A stretch of 63,805 nt of DNA, filler included, from an uncultured Acidimicrobiia bacterium (GTDB taxonomy: Bacteria; Actinomycetota; Acidimicrobiia; Spongiisociales; JAOTWH01): NCBI GenBank assembly GCA_964347285.1. It is 3 parts of 3 records of this genome, joined end to end, with 100 filler letters (N's around TTAATTAATTAA, not from the genome) between each part and the next. Parts side by side here need not be neighbours in the genome. Positions count along the whole stretch, not along the records: positions 1 to 23,111 come from CAYFYE010000034.1; 2 more parts are not named here. One strand, 5' to 3'. The position numbers and the translations under genes were made by a program. Shown here in pieces: positions 1-9,217 of the stretch. Position 1 is the stretch's first letter, and every line of letters begins with the position of its first letter. The notes under the pieces were generated by a model, which saw only the letters and a program-made list of their open reading frames with translations, did not search any database and had not been told where the DNA came from.

Positions 1-1190
1 GCCAGCTCGTAGGGCTGGATGCCGACGACCTTCAATGTGTGATTGCCGTCGGGGGCCCGGCTGGGATCGATCACCGTGGGACACAGCACGAGCAGCACCG
101 GGTCGTCGAGGGCCACGACGCCCCTGTGGAAGTCCTCTGCCACCCGCAGCACCCGCTCGGCAGAAGTCGGCACTCCCGACGCCACCGGAGTCAACCCGCC
201 GTCGAAGGTCGGCGGCTCGGTGGTGGCGTAATGGGCGGCGCACATGGAGATGCCGGGCCGCCAGGACTCCACACCGAAGAGGAACTCCTCGCCCCACACC
301 TCGGCAGGCGCCATGTCGACCAGGTGCTTGATGTGGATCGTCGACAGCACCGCCCGCCCGGCCCGGTGCACGGTCCCGTCGTTGGTCTCTACGCCGACGC
401 AGCGCCCGCCTTCGAGCACGAGAGACGTCACCCGTGTTCCGGTGAGAATCGTGCCCCCGTGCTCGGTGATGAGGCAGCCCAGGGCCGCGGGGAGAGCGAT
501 CGAGCCGCCCTTCGGCACCACCCAAGAGTGTCGTTGTCGGCCGAAGGCGAGTGCATAGGCCAAGCGGCCGGTGCCGACGCGCTGGGGCGGCTGCATCGTC
601 ATGATCGCCATCCACATCATGAAGGCCCGGGTTTGCGGTTTCTCGAAGTGGTCGAAGATGATCTGCGCCGCGCTCCACTGGCGAATCCGCTGCCAGCGCC
701 GCCCTCCGGGGACCGCGGCCAGGCATTCGTCGAGTCCCGGTCCCCAGCCGATCGGGGTGTAGCGCCACCGGTTGAAGGCCCCCGCCACCTGCTCATAGTC
801 GTCCATCATCGAGCGGTAGGCGGCGGCGTCACTCCCGGAGAAGCGGGCGAATTCTTCGACGGTGCGATCGAGGTCCCGCCACATGGTGATCGAGGTGCCG
901 TCCGGGAACGGGATGTGCACCACCGGGTCGGGCCGCAGGTACTCGAGGCCGTGGGCGCGCAGCCCCAGCTCGTCGCGGGCGATCGTCGGGCTCGACTGGA
1001 GCAGGGTATGGGCCGTCGAACAGGAGTCGTGCAGAAAGCCGGGGAGCGTCAGCTCGTCGGTCGCGGCGTCGCCGCCGATGACGTCCCGGGCCTCTAGCAC
1101 CAGCACCCGGAACCCTGCCTTGGCGAGGTAGGCGGCGCTCACCAGGCTGTTGTGCCCGGCCCCAGCCACGACGACGTCGTATTCGCTCAC
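1..1190 (-). CDS. Phytoene desaturase-like NAD(P)/FAD-dependent oxidoreductase (3' end outside window)
   Basis: Not in the ORF track. Manual translation from GTG at 1190 gives MSEYDVVVAGAGHNSLVSAAYLAKAGFRVLVLEARDVIGG...PGFLHDSCS, a GxGxNxL dinucleotide-binding start typical of COG1233. The frame runs off the window edge. Confidence 0.85.
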   Translation of the reverse strand, partial: MSEYDVVVAGAGHNSLVSAAYLAKAGFRVLVLEARDVIGGDAATDELTLPGFLHDSCSTAHTLLQSSPTIARDELGLRAHGLEYLRPDPVVHIPFPDGTSITMWRDLDRTVEEFARFSGSDAAAYRSMMDDYEQVAGAFNRWRYTPIGWGPGLDECLAAVPGGRRWQRIRQWSAAQIIFDHFEKPQTRAFMMWMAIMTMQPPQRVGTGRLAYALAFGRQRHSWVVPKGGSIALPAALGCLITEHGGTILTGTRVTSLVLEGGRCVGVETNDGTVHRAGRAVLSTIHIKHLVDMAPAEVWGEEFLFGVESWRPGISMCAAHYATTEPPTFDGGLTPVASGVPTSAERVLRVAEDFHRGVVALDDPVLLVLCPTVIDPSRAPDGNHTLKVVGIQPYEL

Positions 1191-1335
1191 CCGCCCGACC
1201 CCAACAGCTCGGTCTCTTGCCGGGCGCCGATTGTAGAGACCACCACCCGGGCGTGGTCTAGTTGGGATCGCAGGGAGGGGCGCCGGAGCCATCGACCGGG
1301 AGCCGCCGGCGTTCGGGATTGGCGATCTGGGACCC

Positions 1336-2217
1336 TCACCCGCCGCCGGTGAGCACCACCAGCACTGAGCCGCCCACCACCGCCACCATGCCGGCCACGA
1401 GCCGCCAGGTGATGCGCTCCATCTCGGTGCCGACGATCAAGGGGGCGACCAGCACGACCACCGGCGTCGCCGTCTGCATCAGCGTGATGGCGATGCTGAT
1501 CTCGATGGCCTCGTAGGCGAACCACTGCGATGCGATCGCCGAGCCGATGATGAGACCGCCCAGCACGATCCAGGGGACGGCCCCCTCCGGCGACGAGCCG
1601 CCCGTTGCGGGAAGACCCAGCCCGAGGACCACCCCGTAGAGGGCGGCAGCGGCGACCAGGCCCACGGTGACGCCGATGAGCGGCTCGCCCAACCCCTCCA
1701 GCCCCCAGCGGATGAACAGCGGGCTCGTGCCCCAGGACAGCGCCGACCCGAGGGCGAACCAGGGGATGACGGCCCGCCCCGGGCCGGCGATGCCCGTGCG
1801 GGTGGCGATGAGTGCAACTCCCAGCACGACGGCCAGCACCCCGGCCAAGGTGGCCGGGGGCAGCGGCTCGTCGAAGACGAGGGCGGCCATGATGCTGGCG
1901 ATCAGCGGTGTGGCGGCGATGGCCACCCCGGTGCGGGCCGCGCCAATGTGCTGCTGGCTGAGTCCGAGCAAGGTCCAGCCGAAGAAGAAGTGGATCACGC
2001 CGGCTGCTCCGAAGGCCAGAAACGCCCGGACCGGCGCGTCGCCGATCGCGTCGAGATCTTGCGTGATCATTGCCAACAGCCCCACGAAGACCACGCCCAC
2101 AACCAGCAGCCGGAACGTGCCGCGGTAGGCGTCGATCAGCTGGTTGGCGCGGCGGTTGACCGCCTGGAACACGCCGAACCCGACGCCGGCGGCGAGGGCC
2201 CAGGCCACGCCGCTCAT
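1336..2217 (-). CDS. EamA/DMT family transporter
   Basis: About 10 hydrophobic helices in two repeats; the MSGVAWAL start overlaps the upstream stop (ATGA). Confidence 0.85.
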   Translation of the reverse strand: MSGVAWALAAGVGFGVFQAVNRRANQLIDAYRGTFRLLVVGVVFVGLLAMITQDLDAIGDAPVRAFLAFGAAGVIHFFFGWTLLGLSQQHIGAARTGVAIAATPLIASIMAALVFDEPLPPATLAGVLAVVLGVALIATRTGIAGPGRAVIPWFALGSALSWGTSPLFIRWGLEGLGEPLIGVTVGLVAAAALYGVVLGLGLPATGGSSPEGAVPWIVLGGLIIGSAIASQWFAYEAIEISIAITLMQTATPVVVLVAPLIVGTEMERITWRLVAGMVAVVGGSVLVVLTGGG

Positions 2218-4448
2218 GGGCGGGCGGCTTGGAGGGCGTGCCAGACCCGGCTCGGAGTCAGCGGTATCTGGAGGTCGGTGACCCCCAGCGGAGCCAGTGC
2301 ATCGATGGTCGCGTTGAGGATGGCCGGCGGCATGCCGATACATCCGCCCTCACCGGCTCCCTTGACCCCGAGCGGATTGGACGGCGCCGGGGTCTCGATG
2401 CGGTCGGAGTCCAATGGGGGCATCGACAGTGCCGTCGGCACCGGGTAGTCGATCAGCGTCGCCGTCAGCGGCTGGCCCTCATCGTCGTAACGCATCTCCT
2501 CGGCAAGCGCCGCCGCCACTCCCTGCAACACCGAGCCGTGGAGCTGGCCCTCCACGACCGTCTCGTCCAGGACGGTGCCCACGTCGTCCACCGCTACCAG
2601 GCGCAGCGGTGTCACCACCCCGGTTTCGACGTCGACCTCGACCACGGCAACGTGGACGCCGTAGGGGAACGTCTGGGCCCCGGGCGAATAGGTCTCTGCA
2701 GCAGCCAGCTCTACTCGCCGGGCTGCCGCCTCCCTCGCTACCTCGCCGAGCGTCACCCGGGTGTGCGGCACGCCGGCAACTTGGAAGGCGCCGTCGGTGG
2801 CCACGACGTCGGCCGCATCCGCCTCGAGCATATCGGCCGCAACCCGTGCTGCGGCCGCCCGAACCCGCTGGGCGCAACGCCACACCGCCGAGGCGCCGAC
2901 CTGCGCCGAACGGCTGGCAAAGCTGCCGGTGGACTCGGCGACCTCGGCCGTGTCGCCGGCATAGAGGTCGACCAGCTCCGGATCGGCCCCGAAGACCCGG
3001 GCGGCCACCTCGCGCCACACCGTCTCGTGGCTCTGGCCGGCCGACGTCGATCCGGTGCGCACCACGATCCGGCCGTCTCCGTTCACTTCGACGGACCCGT
3101 ACTCGCTCGACTCGGGAGCGCCCCCGGCCCGCTCCAGGAAGGCGCCGATGCCCACGCCCAGCGGCGGTCCACCGCGCCGGCGGCGCTCCGCCTGCTCCCG
3201 GCGGACGCCGGCGTAGTCGACGATGTCGAGTGCTCGATCCAGCGCCGCCCGGTAATCCCCGGAGTCGAGGCGGGCCCCGGTCGGCGTCTCGTGGGGCAGG
3301 GAGGTGACGAAGTTGCGGCGCCGCACCTCGGCCGGATCGAGCTGGAGGTGCCGGGCCAGGGCGTCGACGGCCCGTTCGATCGCCAGCGCAGCCTCCGGCC
3401 TTCCCGCGCCTCGGTACGGCGCCGTGGGCGGCAGGTTGGAGACGACCCCGGTGCGCTCGAACTCGACACGGCGGATGTCGTAGAGGCCGGTTGCCACCAG
3501 GCGCGAAAAGGTCGAGATCCGGGCTCCTGAGTGGGGATAGGCGCCCAGATCGGACGTCAGTCTGAAGCGGGCCCGCTGGATGCGACCCACCTGGTCGGCG
3601 GACAGAGTGACCTGGTGACGCTGGCCGCGTCCTTGGGTGCCTCCCAGGAAGATCTCTCTGCGGGTCTGCACCCAGGCGACCGGCTTCTGGAGGAGGATGG
3701 CGGCCTTGGCCACTGCGGCGTACTCGGGGTACAGGCGCTTCATGCCGAATGCGCCGCCGACATCCGGGACCGTGACCCTCACCCGGTCTTCGTCCATGGT
3801 GAGGAGGTAGGCGAGGTCGCGCCGCAGCAGGTGGGGAGCCTGGTGTCCCGCCCAGACATGGATGCCGCCATCGTCGGGAACCACCAGCATGGCCAGCGTT
3901 TCCATCGGCGACGGCGCCAGGCGGGGATGGTCGACGGACACCGTAACCTCGACGAGGCCCTCGGGAGGGGGCTCCGTTCCTTCTGCCATCACGTCGTGGA
4001 GGACGATGTTGGTGCCGGCGGCGGGGAAGAGCAGGACACGATCCTCGAGGGCGTCCCGCATCGAAACGACGGCGGGCCCGGACTCGAGGTCGACGAGCAC
4101 CAGGGCGGCCGCGTCCTCGGCCAGCACGGCGGTCTCGGCCACGACCACCGCGATCGATTCCCCGGCGAACCGCACCCGATCTCGTGCCAGCACCGGCCGC
4201 TCCATGCCGGGCGCGTCGACCCCCCACTCCGACGTGGCCGGGATGTCGGGGAGCGCCAGGTCGGCGGCCGAGTAGGCCGCAACGAAGCCGGGGGCCTCAC
4301 CCGCAGCGCCGACGTCGACGGCGGTGATCTCTCCGGCGGCCACCGGGCTGCGAACGAACGAGCAGTGAACGGCCTCGGCGGGGATCAGGTCGGCCACGAA
4401 CCGGCCGGCACCGGTGATCAGCCGGTCGTCCTCGAAGCGCCCACCCAT
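2214..4448 (-). CDS. Xanthine dehydrogenase family molybdopterin-binding large subunit (form II CoxL-like)
   Basis: Motifs VGGAFGMK, APYRGAGRPEA, GQSHET, GSFASRS and KGAGEGG. Confidence 0.9.
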   Translation of the reverse strand: MGGRFEDDRLITGAGRFVADLIPAEAVHCSFVRSPVAAGEITAVDVGAAGEAPGFVAAYSAADLALPDIPATSEWGVDAPGMERPVLARDRVRFAGESIAVVVAETAVLAEDAAALVLVDLESGPAVVSMRDALEDRVLLFPAAGTNIVLHDVMAEGTEPPPEGLVEVTVSVDHPRLAPSPMETLAMLVVPDDGGIHVWAGHQAPHLLRRDLAYLLTMDEDRVRVTVPDVGGAFGMKRLYPEYAAVAKAAILLQKPVAWVQTRREIFLGGTQGRGQRHQVTLSADQVGRIQRARFRLTSDLGAYPHSGARISTFSRLVATGLYDIRRVEFERTGVVSNLPPTAPYRGAGRPEAALAIERAVDALARHLQLDPAEVRRRNFVTSLPHETPTGARLDSGDYRAALDRALDIVDYAGVRREQAERRRRGGPPLGVGIGAFLERAGGAPESSEYGSVEVNGDGRIVVRTGSTSAGQSHETVWREVAARVFGADPELVDLYAGDTAEVAESTGSFASRSAQVGASAVWRCAQRVRAAAARVAADMLEADAADVVATDGAFQVAGVPHTRVTLGEVAREAAARRVELAAAETYSPGAQTFPYGVHVAVVEVDVETGVVTPLRLVAVDDVGTVLDETVVEGQLHGSVLQGVAAALAEEMRYDDEGQPLTATLIDYPVPTALSMPPLDSDRIETPAPSNPLGVKGAGEGGCIGMPPAILNATIDALAPLGVTDLQIPLTPSRVWHALQAARP

Positions 4449-4505
4449 TACAGCCCGGGCCCGTTCGTCCCCTCGGCGTGGTCGTGGCCGGCCCGGTCGG
4501 CGTGC

Positions 4506-4667
4506 CTAGTACTCATTGCCGACCATCGGCTCTACACAGGGAGCAGCGTGATGATCTTCGGACCGGTGCAGAGGACCTCTTCCTCGACCCGGGCGGCCGA
4601 CCGCCCCTCGGCTGCGGGGGCATGGGTGTCGAGGAGTCGTGGCGACGGGATTCTCCCGTGTTTCCAT
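4506..4667 (-). pseudogene. Probable remnant of an M24 (Xaa-Pro peptidase/creatinase-like) gene
   Basis: Strong RBS (GAGGAGAGG) and ATG at 4667. An alternative frame reads LDTHAPAAEGRSAARVEEEVLCTGPKIITLLPV and then, after a shift, EPMVGNEY*, resembling M24 C-termini as I recall them. Confidence 0.5.
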
Positions 4668-4690
4668 GACCTCTCCTCGGCATCGGGGAC

Positions 4691-4704
4691 TGCAATCGAT
4701 TGTA
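4691..4704. promoter_or_regulatory. LacI-family operator TGCAATCGATTGTA
   Basis: Near-perfect 14-bp palindrome with central CG in a divergent intergenic region; matches two other copies. Confidence 0.75.
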
Positions 4705-4755
4705 ACCAGCGGCACCGGGCCCTTCCCGGCCGGGCAGTGGGGGAGTGGGGGCGTT

Positions 4756-4769
4756 TACAATCGTTTGCA
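4756..4769. promoter_or_regulatory. LacI-family operator TACAATCGTTTGCA
   Basis: Second copy 23 nt upstream of the ATG at 4793; overlaps a TACAAT -10-like hexamer. Confidence 0.75.
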
Positions 4770-4792
4770 CAACGACTGGGGAGGAACGAGGT

Positions 4793-5719
4793 ATGGCATC
4801 GGAGCGTCACCGTCTGGGCTGGATCGGTACCGGCCGGATGGGCTTTGCCCTGTGCACGCGGCTGCTCCAGGCCGGCCACGATCTCTGGGTGTACAACCGC
4901 ACCCGGGCCAAGGCCGAGCCGCTGGGGGAGCTGGGTGCCAAGGTGGTCGATACCCCGGCCGATCTGGCCGGATGCGACATCGTGTTCACGATGGTGGCCG
5001 GCCCTGCCGACGTCGAGGCGGTCACGTTTGGATCGGAGGGAGTGCTGGGGGGAGATGCCCGTCCCCAGATCCTGGTCGATTCCACCACCATCGATCCGAC
5101 CAGCGCCGCCGACCTGCGAGTTCGGGCCGCCGACCTGGGCGTCGCGGTCCTGGCCGCTCCGGTGAGCGGCAATCCGAAGGTGGTCAAGTCGGGCAAGCTC
5201 AGCGTCGTCGCCTCGGGGCCCAAGACCGCCTACGACACGTGCCGCCCCTACCTCGAGGTCTTTGGACGGCGGGTCACCTACGTGGGAGAGGGCGACGAGG
5301 CCCGGCTGGTGAAGCTGTGCCACAACCTGCACCTCGGGGTGGTCACCCAGTCGCTGGCAGAGATCACGATGCTCGCAGAAGCTGCCGGCGTTTCCCGCTA
5401 CGACTTCCTCGAGTTCCTCAATGACAGCGTGATGGGATCCACCTTCACCCGTTACAAGACTCCATCCTTCGTCAACCTGGATTGGACACCCACCTTCACG
5501 TGGCACCTGCTCCGCAAGGATTTCGAGCTGGGACTGGCCACCGGGCGCGAGCTGGACGTCCCGCTGCCCACCGCCGCCCTCGTCCACCAGATGGTCATCG
5601 AAGGGATCGGCCAGGGCCGCGGCGACCTCGACTTCGGAGCGCTACTCGAGATGACGGCGGCCTCTTCGGGGCGCACCCTGGAGCCCGAGGACCGCGAGGT
5701 CTCCGACGGGCTGACATGA
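4793..5719 (+). CDS. 3-hydroxyisobutyrate/beta-hydroxyacid dehydrogenase family NAD(P)-dependent oxidoreductase
   Basis: GWIGTGRMG Rossmann motif, APVSG, KLCHN; RBS GAGGAACGAGG before the ATG. Confidence 0.9.
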   Translation: MASERHRLGWIGTGRMGFALCTRLLQAGHDLWVYNRTRAKAEPLGELGAKVVDTPADLAGCDIVFTMVAGPADVEAVTFGSEGVLGGDARPQILVDSTTIDPTSAADLRVRAADLGVAVLAAPVSGNPKVVKSGKLSVVASGPKTAYDTCRPYLEVFGRRVTYVGEGDEARLVKLCHNLHLGVVTQSLAEITMLAEAAGVSRYDFLEFLNDSVMGSTFTRYKTPSFVNLDWTPTFTWHLLRKDFELGLATGRELDVPLPTAALVHQMVIEGIGQGRGDLDFGALLEMTAASSGRTLEPEDREVSDGLT

Positions 5720-7173
5720 AGCTGTTGGAAGATCTGGTGCGCGGCGGTCACACCCGCCTCCTGATCGGAGGCGATTGGGTGGCGGCGGCGGACGGGGCCG
5801 AGATCGAGGTGCTCGATCCCTCCAACGGTGACGTCCTGACGACGGTGGCCAGCGGCGCACCGGCAGATGCTCTCAACGCGGTCACTGCGGCCGCCGAAGC
5901 GGGCAACCAGTGGGCGGCCACGGCGCCCCGGGAACGGGGCGAGATCCTGCGCCGGGCCTTCGAGCTGATGAGGTCGCGAGCCAACGAACTCGCCGAGCTC
6001 ATCGTGCTCGAGATGGGCAAGGCCCTGCCCGAGGCGAGCGGCGAAGTCGCCTACGCGGCGGAGTTCTTCCGGTGGTACTCGGAGGAGGCCGTCCGCAACG
6101 AGGGCGGGGTGATGACCTCGCCGGCCGGTGACAAGCGGATCCTGGCGATCCATCAGCCGGTCGGGGTGTCCCTTCTGATCACGCCGTGGAACTTCCCGGC
6201 TGCGATGGCGACCCGCAAGATCGGTCCCGCCCTGGCCGCCGGGTGCACGATGATTCTCAAGCCGGCGTCCGACACGCCGCTCACCGCCCTCGCCCTCGGC
6301 AAGCTGTTGCAGGAGGCGGGGGTGCCGCCGGGGGTCGTGAACGTGCTGCCGTCCCGCCGCTCAGGGGAGGTCGGCGCCGCCATGCTGGCCGATCCCCGGG
6401 TGCGCAAGCTGTCGTTCACCGGGTCGACGGAAGTGGGTGCCCAGCTTCTCCACGCTGCGGCCGATCACATCGTCAACGTATCGATGGAGCTGGGCGGCAA
6501 CGCCCCCTTCCTCGTCTTCGAAGACGCCGATGTCGAGAGCGCCGTGGTCGGGGCGATGATCGCCAAGATGCGCAACGGCGGGCAGTCGTGCATCGCGGCC
6601 AACCGGTTCTTCGTCCACGCCGCCGTTGCCGACGAGTTCTCCCGCCAGTTCTCGGCCGCCATGGGGGCCGTGAAAACCGGGCCGGGACTGGAGCCCGGCG
6701 TCGAGCTGGGCCCGATGATCAATCTCGCCGCCCAGACCGAGTTGACCGAGCTGGTCGGCGTTTCGACCGGGGCCGGGTCGCGGATCGCAGTCGGGGGACA
6801 CGCCCCCGATCGCCCGGGCTTCTTCTTCGAACCGACCGTGCTCACCGGCGTGCTCCGCGACGACCAGATCCTGCGCCACGAGATCTTCGGCCCGGTGGCG
6901 CCGGTGGTGACCTTCGAGAGCGAGGACGAGGCGCTCGCCCTGGCCAACGACACCCCGCACGGCCTGGCCGCCTATCTCTACACGGGTGACCTGACCCGGG
7001 GCCTGCGGGTGGCCGAGGCGATAGAGACGGGCATGGTCGGCATCAACCGTGGGCTGATCTCCGATCCGGCAGCGCCGTTCGGGGGCGTGAAGGAAAGCGG
7101 GCTGGGCCGCGAGGGGGGTCACCAGGGGATGGCGGCCTTCCTGGAGACCAAGTACATCGCCGCCGAATGGTGA
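5716..7173 (+). CDS. gabD: NAD(P)-dependent succinate-semialdehyde dehydrogenase
   Basis: ITPWNFP, FTGSTEVG, MELGGNAP, RNGGQSCIAANR, EIFGP, GLGREGG; ATGA overlap with the upstream gene. Confidence 0.85.
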   Translation: MKLLEDLVRGGHTRLLIGGDWVAAADGAEIEVLDPSNGDVLTTVASGAPADALNAVTAAAEAGNQWAATAPRERGEILRRAFELMRSRANELAELIVLEMGKALPEASGEVAYAAEFFRWYSEEAVRNEGGVMTSPAGDKRILAIHQPVGVSLLITPWNFPAAMATRKIGPALAAGCTMILKPASDTPLTALALGKLLQEAGVPPGVVNVLPSRRSGEVGAAMLADPRVRKLSFTGSTEVGAQLLHAAADHIVNVSMELGGNAPFLVFEDADVESAVVGAMIAKMRNGGQSCIAANRFFVHAAVADEFSRQFSAAMGAVKTGPGLEPGVELGPMINLAAQTELTELVGVSTGAGSRIAVGGHAPDRPGFFFEPTVLTGVLRDDQILRHEIFGPVAPVVTFESEDEALALANDTPHGLAAYLYTGDLTRGLRVAEAIETGMVGINRGLISDPAAPFGGVKESGLGREGGHQGMAAFLETKYIAAEW

Positions 7174-7227
7174 TGTTCGGGAGCTCCGGATAGCCGGCAC
7201 GGCGAGTCGCCCGTCCCCCCCTGAGCG

Positions 7228-8652
7228 TTACCGGCGGGCGTCGTGGAGGAGTCGCACGAGAGTTTCGATGTCGTCGGCCGTGGTGCGGTGGCTGGTGATG
7301 CAGGCCCGGATGGCAGGTCGGCCGGCGAGATTGGTGATTGAGATCCACGCACGTCCCGAAGCCACCACCCGGTCCACGATCCGTTGGTGATAGTCGGCAT
7401 CGTCGGGTTTGTCCGGATCGCTGAAGCACACCGTGGGGAAGGGTGTTCGATTGAGGATCTGCCAACGATCGGCCGTCAGGGCGTGCCGCAGGAGGTCGGC
7501 CATCCGTGTGTCGTGCTCGAGCTGATCGGAGTAACCGGATCGGCCGGCGGTCATGAGCGTGAGGAACAGCTTCAGACCGATGAAGCGGCGGGACCATTGG
7601 TTCGAGCTTGTGTAGGGGTCGATTGTGGCGTCCACGGGGGAGGGCATGTAGGTGGTCGACACCCGGTACGTCTCGAGCAGCAGGTCCCTGTGGCGAGTGA
7701 TGAACATGCCGGCCCCCATGGGCATCGAGAGCCACTTGTGGGCGTCGATGGTGACCGAGTCGGCTTGGTCGATGCCGTCCAGGTGGGTGCGAAGGCGGTC
7801 GGACAGAACCGCCGCGCCCGCCCAGGCGGCGTCGACGTGGAAGAACGCTTCGTGATCTCGAGCTGCCCCGGCCACCTCTGCCAGGGGATCGATGATTCCG
7901 GCCGACGTCGTTCCTGCCGTGGCTACCACCAGAACCGGGCGGCGCCCCCGGCGCCGGTCGCGATCGAGCATTTCCCGCAACGCCGGCACGCTCATCTGGA
8001 GGTCGTCCTCTACCGGCACGAAACGGAGCGCGCCGCGGCCTATGCCGCAAACGTGGGCGATCTTCAGCCAGGCGTGATGGCTCTCCGCCGACGCGTACAC
8101 CACCGGGTCGATGTCGACGGCTCGCAGGCCCTCCTCGCTCAGCGCAGGAAAGGCTCGGGTGAGCGCCAGGTGGAGGGCCGTTGCGTTGGCTTCGGCTCCA
8201 CCGCTCGTGAACGATCCGGCGGAGCGATCGTCGAAGCCGATGCGTCGGGCCAGATATCGGACGAGCCACATTTCCATCTCTGCCGCCGCCGGAGCATGGC
8301 TCCACACCGCCAGCTGTGGATTGAAAGCGGCCGCCAAGAGATCGCCGATGATTGCCATAAAGGTCGGGGTCGGATTGAACAAACCGAAATACGTCGGGCT
8401 GGTCGCATGAACCGTCGCTTCGGTCAACAGATCGACGCACCAGTCGATGGCCTCATCCGCCGACCAGGGCTGTTCGGGATCGACCTGGTCCAGGCGGGCC
8501 CGTAGCTCGTCGGCCGTGATGGACGGGGCGACCGTGAGACTCCGCGCCGCCTCGGCGTGCGACACCACCAGCTCGGACACCCTGGCGAGCGTCCGGCGTT
8601 GCTCGTCTGAGGATGGCTCCAGCCACGTCATCGAGAGACCTCCGATGGACAT
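7228..8652 (-). CDS. Group II PLP-dependent amino acid decarboxylase
   Basis: FTSGGAEAN, TAGTTSAG, HVDAAWAG and DAHKW (PLP lysine). Start is either leaderless 8652 (TAGGCT 6 nt upstream) or 8631 (GGAGG RBS). Confidence 0.9.
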   Translation of the reverse strand: MSIGGLSMTWLEPSSDEQRRTLARVSELVVSHAEAARSLTVAPSITADELRARLDQVDPEQPWSADEAIDWCVDLLTEATVHATSPTYFGLFNPTPTFMAIIGDLLAAAFNPQLAVWSHAPAAAEMEMWLVRYLARRIGFDDRSAGSFTSGGAEANATALHLALTRAFPALSEEGLRAVDIDPVVYASAESHHAWLKIAHVCGIGRGALRFVPVEDDLQMSVPALREMLDRDRRRGRRPVLVVATAGTTSAGIIDPLAEVAGAARDHEAFFHVDAAWAGAAVLSDRLRTHLDGIDQADSVTIDAHKWLSMPMGAGMFITRHRDLLLETYRVSTTYMPSPVDATIDPYTSSNQWSRRFIGLKLFLTLMTAGRSGYSDQLEHDTRMADLLRHALTADRWQILNRTPFPTVCFSDPDKPDDADYHQRIVDRVVASGRAWISITNLAGRPAIRACITSHRTTADDIETLVRLLHDARR

Positions 8653-8725
8653 GGCCCGAGCCTACGGCGCTGGAAGGGCCGGAACGATCAGCCGTTGATG
8701 CAACGCACCGGCCGGGGACAGCGGG

Positions 8726-9214
8726 CTAGCGCGGCTTGCGCACCCAGCTCATCTCGAGGTTGACGCCGGCGTCGGAAACCAGGTTGAAGACCGGGCACCG
8801 GGCCTCGGTCTCTTCCACGACCTCGTGGAGGCGCTCCTCGGTCTCCGCGGTCGTGACCACGGCCTGGACGCGGATGGTCTGGAAGTGAGGCCGCACGTCG
8901 CGTCTACCCATCCGGCCCCTGATGTCGATGGTGTATTCGGCTTCGAACGAGATGCCCTCGTAGTCGAAGTCCATTTCGGTGGCGGTGCGTCGGAACGTCA
9001 CCGCCTCGCACCCGCACAAGGCCCCCAGCACGGTCTGCAGCGGCGAGGGACCCTCACCGGTGCCGCCGTGCTCGATCGGCTCGTCGGTGGCGAAGTGCCC
9101 GTATTCGTCGAAGTCGATGAGGGTGAACATCCCGGCTTCGTTGGTGGCCGTCAGCGTCTTGCGCCGGATGATCGGCTCGGTGAGCTCGTCGAGGTTCTTG
9201 ATGTCCGGGGCCAT
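8726..9214 (-). CDS. OsmC/Ohr family protein
   Basis: DEPxxxGGTGEGPSP, LCGC and RCPV cysteine motifs. Confidence 0.88.
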   Translation of the reverse strand: MAPDIKNLDELTEPIIRRKTLTATNEAGMFTLIDFDEYGHFATDEPIEHGGTGEGPSPLQTVLGALCGCEAVTFRRTATEMDFDYEGISFEAEYTIDIRGRMGRRDVRPHFQTIRVQAVVTTAETEERLHEVVEETEARCPVFNLVSDAGVNLEMSWVRKPR

Positions 9215-9217
9215 GCG

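Noticed and set aside
39..1097. 352-aa plus-strand ORF and the many similar Arg/Pro/Gly-rich overlapping ORFs across the window
   Set aside because: Shadow frames of well-supported genes on the other strand or in another frame.
2214..4448. Aerobic CO dehydrogenase (form I coxL)
   Set aside because: Lacks the AYxCSFR Cu-binding loop, and there are no coxM/coxS or accessory genes.
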